Position numbers and translations under genes: made by a program
Notes under the pieces: generated by a model
What the model saw: the letters and a program-made list of their open reading frames with translations, nothing else
What the model was told of the DNA's origin: nothing
The model's database searches: none
In this document: positions 1 through 12,521 of the stretch, one piece after another
How positions within the stretch are numbered: position 1 is the stretch's first letter
Layout: the number at the start of each line of letters is the position of its first letter
Source of the DNA: Callorhinchus milii
Lineage: Eukaryota
DNA length: 64,000 nucleotides
Direction: 5' to 3'
Assembly: GCF_018977255.1 (NCBI RefSeq)
Contig: NW_024704743.1
Location: 25,856,001-25,920,000 of the forward strand

Positions 1-411
1 GCCATTGCTGTGTGCAAATTGGCTGCCATATTTGCCTACAAAAATACAGTCACCACACTGTATAGTAAATTCTATGAAGCACTTTTGACGATGTGATGAT
101 GCGCTGTGTCAAATGCAAGGGTTACCATTATTTCATAATGGCTGAAATTAGTCTGTGAATACCATCATTACCTCAAGAGACATCAACTGAGTGGAAGGGG
201 CAAAGAAAAAAGGAGCCAATGTGCATTCAGTGCTGCATTCCGAATCCCAACGAGAACTTCCATTCCCTGTGTTGATTTCATGATCAAGTTGTTTTTTTTA
301 TTGAAACTAACCAGTTTGTAACAAAGATGATAGTTAAAATTAACCTATTAATAATGGGGGAAGAGAATAGAAGAGAAGAACATCAAAGCCTAACCCACTT
401 CAGAATATAAT

Positions 412-640
412 TGAGTTCAATTCCAGGCAGGGCGAAACCTTGGGCAAGTTTCCTTACTCCACACGCCTAATAATAATCCCTCCAAAAAAAACCAAAACAA
501 TAATAAATTGGCCATTTTCAATCTTGCTGTGCGCAATTGGCTGCCGCGTTCGCCCACTTCAGTGTGTTCTGTGAAGCGCTTTGGGACGTCCTCCTGACGT
601 GAAAAGCGCTATATCAAATGCAAGGATTATTGTTATTATA
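412..640 (+). mobile_element. SINE family A, short form, 5'-truncated
   Basis: Very similar to the reverse complement of 56119-56390, with small internal deletions. Confidence 0.9.
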
Positions 641-688
641 ATGCAGTGACAAAGTTCTCAACAGCTTCTACCACACCTCATCAATGTC

Positions 689-895
689 TAGAATCATAGA
701 ATCTTACAGCACAGACAGAGGTCCATCATGCCTGTGCCAGATCTTTGAACGAGCTATCCAATTAGTCCCACTCCCCCACTCCCCATAACCTTGCAATTTT
801 TTTTCCTTTTCAAGTATAAATCCAATTCCCTTTTGAAAGTTATTATTGAATTTGCTTCTACCACCCTTTCACGCTGTGCATTCTAGATTGCAACA
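689..895 (-). mobile_element. CR1 3' tail fragment
   Basis: tagaatcatagaatc tail repeat followed by CR1-type 3' end sequence. Confidence 0.7.
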
Positions 896-1688
896 ACGTC
901 TAAAGCATCAATCTAGGATGAAGGTAAGAGAAAGATATATGCAATGTAACATCACTTCTTGTAGAATCAGAGAAAAAAGATTCAAAGTGTGCCTTTACAA
1001 TTCGTTTCACACCCTCTCTTCTTTCCCTGTTTCCCCAAATACATACTTTCAGCAGCGCTCCGGGACACTACCCCAGGTGAAGGGCACTGTATAAATGCAA
1101 GTTGTTGTATCAGAACTAAACTGCTTTGCCCTTGTAACTCATCTCATACATTTGTTTCTCTGATATTTTAAAGATGTTCTACAAATCAGCCTGTTTTCCA
1201 CAGGCCTGCAGCTTATTTGACTGTAAACCCTATAGTAAAGTTACATTAGCATCTACAATCAATCGTCTGGGAAGCCAGAGGTGGCCACCTCACAGCAAAA
1301 ACCAAATTGAAAAAAATACACATAAATATACATACATGAAGCAAAGAACCACAGGCCAATACCAATGTCACTTATTCCTTTAATTTAGAGAAGATTGAAA
1401 CTCAGAGAAAGTATTAATCAGTAGCACAACTGCATCAGATGCAATAGCACGGTGGGTCAGAATGAAACTTAAAAGAACTGGTATTTCAACAACTTTGGAC
1501 CTTAATTTAACATCTTAGCCAAAGGATGGTACCTCGCCTAATGCAGCACTGTGCATCAATGTAGACTATGAGCTTAAGTCCTGATGTAGGGCTTGAACCC
1601 ACAATCATTTCACCCAGAGATGACAATCCTACTAACTGAGCTAGGCTGATACCTTGACATGCCAAATGGAGGTGAAGCCAAGAAGAGG

Positions 1689-1910
1689 AACAACAACAAC
1701 AAGATTTCATTTATAGAGTGCCTTTCACGTCGGGAGGATGTCCCAAGGCGCTGGACAGTTGGGTCAGGACCTGAGCAGGGGGGAAATGGTCAGGGTGAGG
1801 GGAGGGAAGGGAGGGAGCGAGGAGGGGGTAGAGAGTCGAGAGGGGAGCTGAAGGCACGGTCAAAGAGAAAGGTCTTGAGACCGGCCTTGAAGGAGGAAAG
1901 GGAGGAATGA
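1689..1910 (-). mobile_element. Young L2 3' tail fragment
   Basis: Nearly identical to 7447-7710. Confidence 0.9.
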
Positions 1911-4900
1911 AGGAGGAAAGGGAGGAAAGAGGGAAGATAAAAACGTGTGCCTAAATGTTAAGCAAAGAGCACTTTTTAAAAGGATAAAGGAAATGTATAG
2001 CTGGATATAAAATGTGCCACTAAAATTATTTACTGTGTATGAAGTAAAATATTTCAAAGATCAATTACAATCACTTGCAACCAAACACAGAATAAGAACT
2101 TGAAGACATTTGCCCCATCAAGTAGGCCCAGTGTTTTTCTCCATGATCCAACTAATCAAATCCAACTCTATAGAAGTGAAAAAGGCTCATTTGACTCCTA
2201 CAATATTATGTGTATGTGCAGTAAGATGCTTAATGGGGTTTCCAGAATAATACTGGCATATTACACCAAGGCAACAGGACAACAGATCACAGTTTCAAAG
2301 GCAATTTCAGGACAGACAACAGGAAGTGTTTCTTTACACAGAGAGTAATTCACACCATGGAAACAAGTTATCAGGAAGGGTGGTAGAGGCCACAATGTTC
2401 ATTTAATAAACAGCTTGCTGCTATAAGCGCTACAAGATGATATCCTTTGCAAAGGGTCCTATATAACTGCAAAATGTTGCTATTGTTGCGATGGGAATAG
2501 GGTAGTGGGTATTCTGAAAAGATGAGATCAAAGAGGTAAAAATATCTGAAACTCTTCTGATCATATTTAGAAAATACCTGCTCCACAAAAGTAGAGAGTA
2601 GACCACATTTTACGAGTAGAACTTCTTTTGAAAAAAACATTTGCTTTCATTCAGTTTTACTCAATCAAACAATGTTGAGTTGCAACTTTTATGAAAAAAC
2701 ACAAAGAGCTGCATTGTTACTGAAAATCCAGTTTATACAATTGGTTTGTGTTTCTTTTAATATAAGTTTACTGCTTCCAATATTCAGAATCGCAGGTTGC
2801 AAACTACACAAGTGAATCTTTATCCAACTTTTATGATCGTGCACCAAAAATAAATTATTCAGACTGGGTGGTAATATATTCTTAAAGCAGAAAGTTAATA
2901 CAAGTCATTGGCACAATTACATCATTCAATTGCGTTGATGTTCTGGCACAGAAAGGAGGAGGAAGCAAGTCCACAAAATAAGTTTTTTTTATAAACAGCA
3001 AGCTTCAAACTCCATTTGTACCTTGGATAATTAAAGGACATTACCTCAAAGTAAGAGACAAGAGCTATCATTGCTGATTTGGATGTTAGTGACACTAACT
3101 CTTCACGGTTTTGATTGTTCTCGAACGCTCTTGGTTTCTTGAGAGCAATCAAAACCATCAAGAGTTTGCCAAAGACTTCAAAGGACAAAGGTGCATCGTC
3201 CCTTTAAAAGCTCAGTTTCGTTTCACTTGGAAACTTGAACCGAACTTCGGGAAGGAAAGGAAATCAAAGAACATACTTTTTAAAATGTTGGCAGCCAATG
3301 CATCCTCATAAAAACACAGTTCAGGAGAAATAAAAACATTTAAAGTTCTTATTTTACACCTTAAACACTCTTGCCAAAATGTGTTCCCTACCAAACCAAT
3401 GGTTCCACTGGATGAGGTAATAAATGGTGCACAATGGGTGAGGCCTGACTGATCACAATTATCACATTATACTTTGAAAGGGGATGGGGGCGAAAGAGGA
3501 GGAATACAATATGATGGTTATTAATCTACAGGAATGTATTCTGGATTCTAAAAGTTACACAATTTTAATAAAAAACCTACTGTGTGAAAACATTTTGGCA
3601 GCATTTAACTTTAGCGCTCATTTCAAGTATCAATACATCCCTGGATAGAGACATTCTATTCTAATGAAAAACAAGCCCTCAAGCTCTGGTTGCTGTTGCA
3701 AGAGGTACAATTGAGATACATTTTATCATTCTACAGCTCTTGAGGCTTCACGAGCCTATCATCCGCATCCTCTGACATTAATGTGCGCAAATTGGATGCT
3801 GTGTTTGTCCACAAATACACAGTCAATCCACTTTACAGTATATCCTGTGAAGCATTTTGAGACATTCGGCAAAGTGATATATCAAGCTATATATCCAAAT
3901 GCAAGGGTTATTATTATTTATTATTATTAGCCTCGCCCGGCTTCACTGGCTCCCCATCCACCAGTGGATTGAGTTCAAGATCTTTGTAATCCCTCCAGTG
4001 TCTTGCACCACCCTCCCTCTGCAACCTCCTCAAACCAACCCTCTGTTCAGCAGGCACCTGCCTGCTTCATATTCTTCATCGGTGGCTTTCAGCATATCTG
4101 ATCCCAATCTCTGAAACTCCATCCTTGGGTGGACTGGTGCGGGTGTTTGGTGGGCCCACATGGTGCATTGGTGCAGTAGCCCCACAGGCTACTTTTGGGG
4201 TGTCATGAAGGACATTATGTCAAACACCCGTACCAGTCCAGGTCCGTATCAAATCTACCTCGTTTCCAGTAGCTATCAAGCCGCAATACCCATGGTGCAA
4301 CCATAAGAAAAATGGTCAAAAAGTTAGGCCTCCACTGGTTTAAATACCAAGGTCAATCTCTTAACTGCTTTCTTCTGGAAAGGTAGAGAAGGGGAATCGA
4401 AGAGATATAAGGTGATCTATTTAAAAAAAAACATTTGTTGCACAGATTAGAACCAGAGCTTGGAAAAAAAATCTGTCAGAACTTTACAATCGCTACAATC
4501 TGCTAACTCTGTGGTGCTCTTTAAACAGCATTTCTCAAAGTTCAGTCTTAGGACAGTCCATGATAAGCACATGATGAACTCATGATTGGTCTATACGGCT
4601 GATCGCTTTAGATTGAGCGAACTGACAGACTCATTTACTCTTGGTCTGCCATATTTTAAGAGGCAACCAAGCCAGTCGCTGGTTGAGAAAGTGGTTTATA
4701 ATATCTGTGACTAATTCTTAAAATCACATACTTTCAATGGAAGACAAAAGAGGTAATAGCCCACGGAGAGAAATGCAATTGCAATGCTGCGCGTCAGGAT
4801 CAAAAACTACAACATTGCACTGTAATTACATTCTTAGACATCAGGAAGTTCAAACTCTTAACTGCTTTCTTCTGGAGAGGTAGAGAGGGGGGAATGGAAG

Positions 4901-5149
4901 AGATTGTGGGGTGGGGAAGGGGAGAGACGAAGAGGAAAGCGAGTCAAATATTGTACATCGGGAATATCAATCTCAAATTTTATTAGTGTAATCTTTTAGG
5001 TCTTAACTTATAGCTTTGCTGCTTCATCCCATCTGGCTCTAATTTGCAACAGCAAACACCACTAATTAGAGCTGGTGGAGTCAGCTTGTGTTCCAGTAAG
5101 ACTACAGTCTTGAAATGTCATAACTAAAAGGAGTTTCTGGAGTAAACGT

Positions 5150-5378
5150 CCCCCACCTCGCCTGCCCCACCATTGGCAGGTGAGCCTTCAGCCACTCTCC
5201 CCCCACCCTCTGGTACTCCATCCCGCGGTCCCTCCATCTTGCCCCCTCACTTGCCTCCTTGAAGACCCATCTCAAGACCCTCCTCTTTGACCGTGCTTTC
5301 GATCACCCTCCTTTCCCACCGGCCTCCAACCCCCAATCCCGATAAAACATATACAAATGTAATTTTGTTGTTGTTGTT
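5150..5378 (+). mobile_element. L2 3' fragment
   Basis: Homologous to 56935-57110; tail ttgttgttgttg. Confidence 0.8.
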
Positions 5379-6974
5379 GGAAACGTCCAGATTATTAAAA
5401 GGACCTTAAATAAAACTTGACCATAATGAATAATTGCAAGGAGCCCAGAAGCACAATAGTTAAAAGCATCATTCTTTAGAACATGGGTCGCTCAAATAAA
5501 ATCCTCCTAGCCTCTCTCCCCACCACCATTGCCTACAGCTCGCAACCACCCCCCCACCCCCCCACCCAGTGGGATTTGTAAAAGCACAAACCCATAGCAG
5601 ATGTTTGCTGCTCCAGTGATGAAAGACACTGCTGTTCTGGACAGCAGCCACATGCTTTTCATTCAGAGATCAAAGGTTCCACCTCCCTCCCAGCCACAGT
5701 ACATTTTCAAAGCTAGCAAAATCCCCCACCAACAGAAACCCTCTTCACAGACAAACTCGTACGCTTGGCAACTCCAACATCCTGTGCTGATAACCTCTCC
5801 AGCAGAAAGCATTATTCAAAAATCTTCTTTTGTGGATTTTGTGCCATACTTCCCAAAAGAACCCCGTTTACCATCTGAGGATGTTTACACCAGTACATAG
5901 AATGTGAAGTCAGAGAAAGCATCAGCTTCAAGCTTTTGAGAGTAATTTACAGCTTTTTTCCATTTAAAAGTATTCAACAGATGTCTACCTGAGAAATTAT
6001 TCTTTGTCACAGTGGCTCTACATGACTTCAAAGCTAGTCACACAGCACAAAGTCTATTGTAGCACTTCACACATCCTGCTCAAACTTTCTGGTCCCTTCC
6101 CCCTTCTCCTGTTTTATTCAAAGCATTTTTATTTCACATTAATTGACGTATTTCGGCAGTGGAGTATTCCCTGTGAGACAAGATACCCTTAGACGATACA
6201 AGCCTGAATACAATGTGGTATTTTTTAAAATCAGTTAGAACCTTCACCCGCTATATCCCCAACCTCAGGAATTCCCTGGCTCGGTCCCTCTCCCAACCCC
6301 TCTGTCACATCTCCTTTCCATTAGTCTTCAAAAGCTTCCTGAAAACCTATCTCTTCACCCACGTCTATGGGTCACCTCCCTTCTCCCCATGCTCTGCCAC
6401 CATCTCCCTAAACCTTTAAAGAGATTACTCCATCTGAAAGGAGCTTTATACATTGATGTTTAATATTTTTAAGGGTCCTAAACAGTACTTATTTTGTTTT
6501 TGTTGGGCCAGCGGAGCTCACTCCTGCTTAGAAAACCCATCACTGGAGAAGACAACAATAAAGACTACTTTTTTGATCAATTTGATAAAAAGGGAATTTC
6601 CCCCAGTATCCTAACCAATAATCCCCCGAATAAAACTGGTCACTCACTTCATGGCTGTTTGTGGGACATTGCTGTGTGCAAATTGTTTGCCGCCGTCACC
6701 TAAAATACAGTTACTACATTTCGTAGTGAAATTATGTGAAGTGCTTTGAGATGTCTCAACGACATGATAAGGTGCTGTATGAATTGCAAAGATTATTATT
6801 ATTAACACCAAGTTTCAAGTACCTTTTATATTCCCAAAATCCTGTGGAAGAATTAGATATGGAATGCCGTGTTTGCTGAAGAAAGCGGCGCACTGCTGTG
6901 AAAAGCATTTTTACAACAGAACTGAAGGGGGTAAAGGAGCGAAGAAATTCAAACATATTGTAACACTTAAACAC

Positions 6975-7195
6975 AAATTTCTTCACCCAGAGGGTAGTGA
7001 AAACGTGGAATACGCGACACCAGAAGGCTATACAAGCTGAATCAATGGAGATGTTTAAAAAAAATATGTATTTGGGAAGTAAGAGTATTAAGGGATATGG
7101 AGAAAAGGCAGGGAAGGGGGATTAAAAGATTTGCCATAATCTAATACACTGGTGAAACAGGCTTGATGCACTGAATGACCTTTTCGTTCATATGT
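6975..7195 (+). mobile_element. CR1 3' fragment
   Basis: ttcttcacccagagggtagtgaaaacgtggaat..ggatatggag..ctgaatgacc, homologous to 41045-41290. Confidence 0.8.
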
Positions 7196-7427
7196 GCCCA
7201 AAGGCATAACTGCCTTGTGTAGGATCCCATAAAGAGTGTTAATCAGCAACATGATATTCTATTTGCCCCTTCCCAGCAAAACACATTGCTGTAGATTTTA
7301 ATCACATTAGAGACACTCTGCCTTCCAGGTTGAACTTATATTGATCATCAAACCGTCTTATTTGGAACAGGCTGTACTACGAACCTCTACCAATCAACAC
7401 AATCTGATCAAACATAAATCTGACGAA

Positions 7428-8956
7428 GTTCTGATGAAAGGTCATCAACAACAACAACAACAACAAGATTCCATTTATAAAGCGCCTTTCACGTCAGGAT
7501 GACGTCCCAAGGCGCTGCACAGTTGGGTCATGACCCGAGCAGGGGGGAAATGGTCAGGGTGAGGGAAGGGAGGGAGCAAGGAGGGGGAAATGGTCAGGGT
7601 GAGGGGAGGGAAGGGAGGGAGCGAGGAGGGGGTAGAGAGTCGAGAGGGGAGCTGAAGGCTCGGTCAAAGAGAAAGGTTTTGAGACCGGCCTTGAAGGAGG
7701 AAAGGGAGGAAGCGGCGAAGGCACTGGGGGATAGAGTTCCAGAGCCTCGGGGCTGAGAGGCTGAAGGTCCGACCACCGATGGTAGGGCGATTGGGGCGGG
7801 GGACGTGGAGCAGACCGGAGCCGGAGGAACGGAGGGTACGGGCAGGTAGGTAGGGGGATAGTAGGTTGGAGAGGTAGGAGGGAGCAAGGCCGTGAATGGC
7901 CTTGTAGGTGAGGATGAGGATCTTGAAATCAATCCTCTGGGGGATGGGGAGCCAGTGGAGGCGAGCGAGGGTGGGAGTGATGTGGTCCCGAAGCCTGGTG
8001 CGGGACAGTACACGAGCTGCAGAGTTCTGAATGACCTGCAGCTTGTGGAGGGAGGGCCGGGAAGGCCGGCGAGGAGAGAGTTCCCATAGTCCAGCCTTGA
8101 GGTGACAAAGGCGTGAACCAGGGTTTCAGCAGCGTGAGGGGTGAGGTAGTGCCGTAGTCTGGCGACGTTCCGGAGGTGATGGAAGGCGGTGCCAGTTGTG
8201 GTGCGGATGTGAGGGAGAAAGGACAGCTCAGGGTCGAACAAAACGCCGAGGTTCCTGACTGGCTTTGAGAGGTGGAGAGTGCAGCCTTGGATGCTGATGG
8301 TGTCGGCGCCTGAGGTGCGGAGGCGCTGACGCGAACCAATCAGGAGGGCCTCGGTTTTTCGCACGTTGAGCTGAAGAAAGTTGTCTCTCGTCCAGGACTC
8401 GATGTCGGACAGGCAGGCTGTCAGGACATCGGTGGTCGTGGAGTTGAGAGTAGAGGAGGAAAGGTAGAGTTGGGTGTCATCCGCATACATGTGGAAGTTA
8501 ACTCCATGTCTGCGGATGATGTCACCAAGGGGGAGCATATAGAGGGTGAAGAGGAGGGGACCGAGGACAGAGCCCTGAGGGACTCCACATGAGACAGTAC
8601 GGGGGGTGGAGGAGAAGCCATTCGTCGAGACAAAGTGAAGACGGTGAGAAAGGTACGACCTAAACCACTCAAGGACAGTGCCTTGAAGGTTGAGGTGGGA
8701 GGACAAGCGGTGGAGGAGGATAGCGTGGTCGACCGTATCGAATGCTGCCGATAGGTCGAGGAGGACGAGGAGGCAGAGGGAGCCCTGGTCACAGATGGTC
8801 AGGATATCATTGGTGACCTTGACCAGGGCAGTTTCTGTGCTATGGGCAGCACGGAAACCTGACTGAAGCGATTCGAACAGAGAATGGGTGGAAAGGAAAG
8901 AGCGCAGTTGGGAGGCGACAACTCTTTCCAGGACCTTGGAGACCTGAAACGTTAAC
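7428..8956 (+). ncRNA. Minimal type-I hammerhead ribozyme motif (Penelope/retrozyme-type short repeat), interrupted by an L2 insertion
   Basis: Removing the L2 (7447-8940) rejoins GTT-CTGATGA-A-AGGTC-ATC|GACCT-GAAAC-GTT-AAC: CUGAUGA and GAAA core, stem II AGGUC/GACCU, palindromic AACGUU stem III, stem I GUU/AAC. Confidence 0.65.
7447..8942 (-). mobile_element. L2-clade LINE, young 5'-truncated copy (RT domain + 3' UTR + (TTG)n tail)
   Basis: ORF 7594-8958 contains [23 protein letters not shown] and [10 protein letters not shown]. The (AAC)n tail starts at 7447. Near-identical to 50298-51662. Confidence 0.95.
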
Positions 8957-8995
8957 AAATTTTCCTCTCTCCATAGACGCTGCTGACCTGTTGCA

Positions 8996-10758
8996 TTCCA
9001 GGTTAATCCTGGAGGCGAAAGGCAATCCCAGGCTCCTGTTCTCCATCACTAACTGGCTCTTCTGCCCTCCCCAATACACCTCGTAGATACGTTCCTCTGA
9101 CTCTCACTGTGAGAAAATGCTGAACTTCCTCGAGTCCAAAATCGAGGGAATCCGCTCAGCTGCCACTGCCCTCCCAACTTCCAAACCCTCCCTACCCCCA
9201 CCCCACACCATTACCCATCCCTCCTTCCACACCTTTGAACCTGTCACCCCCTCCTCTATCTTCAACACGGTAACCTCCATGAAGTCCACCACCTGCTCAC
9301 TCGACCCCATCCCTACCCCTCTCCTTAAATCCCAGCTCCACCTCCTTATCCCATTACTCGACGACATCATTAACCTCTCCCTGTCATCCGGCACTGTTCC
9401 TTCCCCCCTCAAAAGAGCCACCATCACCCTCACCCTGAAGGAACCTTCCCTCTGCCCATTACAGCTATCCAGCTACCGGCCCATCTCAAATCTCCCCTTC
9501 CTATCCAAGGTCCTTGAGAGCCGTTGCCTCCCAGCTTCGCTCTTTCCTCTCCTCTCACTCCCTCCATGAACCCCTCCAATCGGGTTTCTGTGCTGCACAC
9601 AGCACAGAAACTGCTCTGGTCAAGGTCACAAATGACATCCTGACCATGTGTGACCAGGGCTCCCTCTGCCTCTTCGACCATCTTGTCCTCTCCGCCGCCT
9701 TTGACACCGTGGACCACTCAATCCTCCTCCCCGCCTCTCCTCCCACCTCGACCTTCAAGGCTCTGTCCTTGACTGGTTCAGGACCTACCTTTCACACCAC
9801 CTCCACTTCGTTGCGGCAAACAGCTTCCACCCTGAACTCCAGGACTACTGGCGTCCTGATCGTCTGTCTGTCCGACATCAAGTTCTGGACGAGGGCCAAC
9901 TTTCTCCAACTCAACGTCAGCAAGACTGAGGCCCTCCTGATTGGCTCGCACCAGCGCCTCCGCATCTCGGGCACTGGTAGCATCAGCCTCCACGGCTGCA
10001 CACTCAACCTCACTAAGCCAGTCAGGAACCTGGGTATTTTGTTTGACCCTGAACTGTCCTTTCTCCCCCACATCTGCGCCATCACCGGCACTGCCTACCA
10101 CCACCTCCGCAACATTGCCAGACTCCGCCATTGCCTCACCCCTCAGGCTGCAGAAACCCTCGCCCACGCATTTATCACCTCGAGGCTCGATTACGGGAAC
10201 TCCCTCCTCAGCGGCCTTCCCAACTCTTCCCTTCACAAGCTGCAGATCATCCAAAACTCTGCAGCTCGTGTACTCTCACGCACCAGGCTCCGTGACCCCA
10301 TCACTTCCACCCTCGCGCGACTCCACTGGCTCCCCATCTCCCAGAGGATCGCGTTCAAGATCCTCGTCCTCACCTTTAAGGCCATCCATGGCCTTGCCCC
10401 CTCCTACCTCTCTGACCTGCTGACTCCCTACCAACCTGCCTACTCCCTCTGTTCAGCAGGCTCCGGTCTGCTCCATGTCTCCCGGCCGACCCGCCGGGCT
10501 TTCAGCCTCTCTGCCCCCACACTCTGGAACTCCATCCCATGGTCCCTTCACCTCGCTTCCTCCCTTGCATCCTTCAAGGCCAGTCTCAAGACCTTTCTCT
10601 TCGACCATGCCTTTGGTCGCCCTCCCACCTCTCTGCCTTCCCTCACCCCTACACCACCCCTCCTCCATGCTCGGGCCCCAACACCTGACTGTTCAGCGCT
10701 TTGGGATGTCCTCTCGACGTGAAAGGCGCTCCATAAATGTAATTTTTTGTTGTTGTTG
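8996..10758 (+). mobile_element. L2-clade LINE, older diverged copy with internal deletion removing PQG/YADD
   Basis: ORFs 9117-9569 and 9514-10722 ([49 protein letters not shown]); 3' hairpin and ttgttgttg tail. Confidence 0.93.
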
Positions 10759-12521
10759 CATGTTCCCAGGGAATTTTGTTTTTATTTTATATTATAAATC
10801 TGCTTCAACTCTCTTTAGGAGATAGCAAGGTCCCTTATTACAGTCACCTCTACCCCAATTCCTATTACCCACTAGCCTTTCAAATGCATCTCAAGCTAAG
10901 GTGCAGTGTTCCACAGGCAGCAGGAACATGATACACTCCAATTCATACTACACTATACAACTACACATACTGTAGCTACATTTTACAGTTTAAAAAANTC
11001 CTGTAAAGTGTTTTGAGACATTGACACTGAGATTATAAATTGCTATATTAAATGTAAAATTATTATTATTTGTTGAAAGCTTTGATTCTTAATATATAAA
11101 TATACAAGTTCTTCAACATTTTCCAGCTTCAACATTGAGTCCTGGGTGACTATTCAACAAGGGCTCAACTTTACAAACAGGTTTCTTTTTCTGGGGGGGG
11201 TGGTGGTTGGGGGCGTGGGGGCAAACAATCCAACTTGGGAACTTTGCCTGCTATTGCCTTTCACAAGCCCACTAACAACATCACCCCCACCTGAGTTTAG
11301 CCAAGCCACAATAAGTATGGAGCAACAATAAAATATCAATATTTTAAATATGTTACTAGCAACAGCACCAAAGTATTAATATTTCACACACATTCCTAAT
11401 TTGCGCAACACCACTATTAGAAGTACACTATAATTGTAGCAAACGCTATCAGTACTTCTCGACTGCAACTCAGACATATTCTTATTCTATCCATAAAATA
11501 TACAGTCAATTCACTTTACAGTATATTCTGTAAAACACTCAGACTACACAGAATTCTTATTTTTCCATAAATATACATTTGGTAGTTTCTCTGCTTCGTT
11601 TTAGTGGTTTCTAAACAGTTCAACATAGCTAGAAATAAAATCTCCTGCACTCATGATAATTGAAATAAACAAATGTTAAATAAACACTTTGTTTGAAGGG
11701 GCAACACCATGAAAGAGTTTCATAGAACTTTGTATTTGGTGAGAAGGAAGATGAACTTAAGAAGTCTGATCATTGAATTCACAACGGGGTTGAAAACCAG
11801 AAGTTTCTGCACTAATAATGACTTCCAGCTTGTGAAAAAATTGCAAATTCACCAAAGATGTTATATATATATATAAAAAATTCCAAAGAGCTGCAAAAGC
11901 TGTCTTGTTGCCATCATTTTCTCCTTAACTTTGGTCTGAGTTTTCATTTCTTTTCTTGGCCAAGGAAATGCTGCTATGTGCAAGCAAACACATGCTGTTC
12001 GCGAACACATGTAGGTTTCTCCTGATGTCCTGGCCAACAATCCCCCAAATAAAACCGGTCATTGACTTCATGGTGTTGTGGGACGTTGCTGTGGCAAATT
12101 GCACAATTTGATGAACAATTTTATGTTTAAAGTCCCCACTGAACATATTCTTTAAATTCTGATATCTAACAGTCACTTTAATAAAAATAAGAAGTATTCA
12201 GCGGTTCAAAATTAAATGCGTCTCCCAGACCATATTGCTGAGAGGATATTGAATGGCTCCTTTTAATTCTCTGCATAATGTTGTGGGAACAATGGGCTGA
12301 GAGTCAAACAAGAGAGTCCATTGAGAGCAAAGGGAAAAAGCTAAGCTTGGCATGATTTTAAACTTTTGGATGCTCCTATTTGAAGAACATGGAATTATAA
12401 AGGAGTTCAAATTAGATATGGGATAGTAGTGGTGAAGGTATTTTTTCAGAAGTTGGATGGGTAGATGAGATGGAGCAATAATCCATTCTGGCTGAAGCTT
12501 ACTATGCAACTATATAAAGTA

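Noticed and set aside
7594..8958. 454-aa RT ORF as an intact or domesticated gene, or a prokaryotic retron-type RT
   Set aside because: 5'-truncated L2 copy with a frameshift near 8055; the apparent start comes from flanking sequence.
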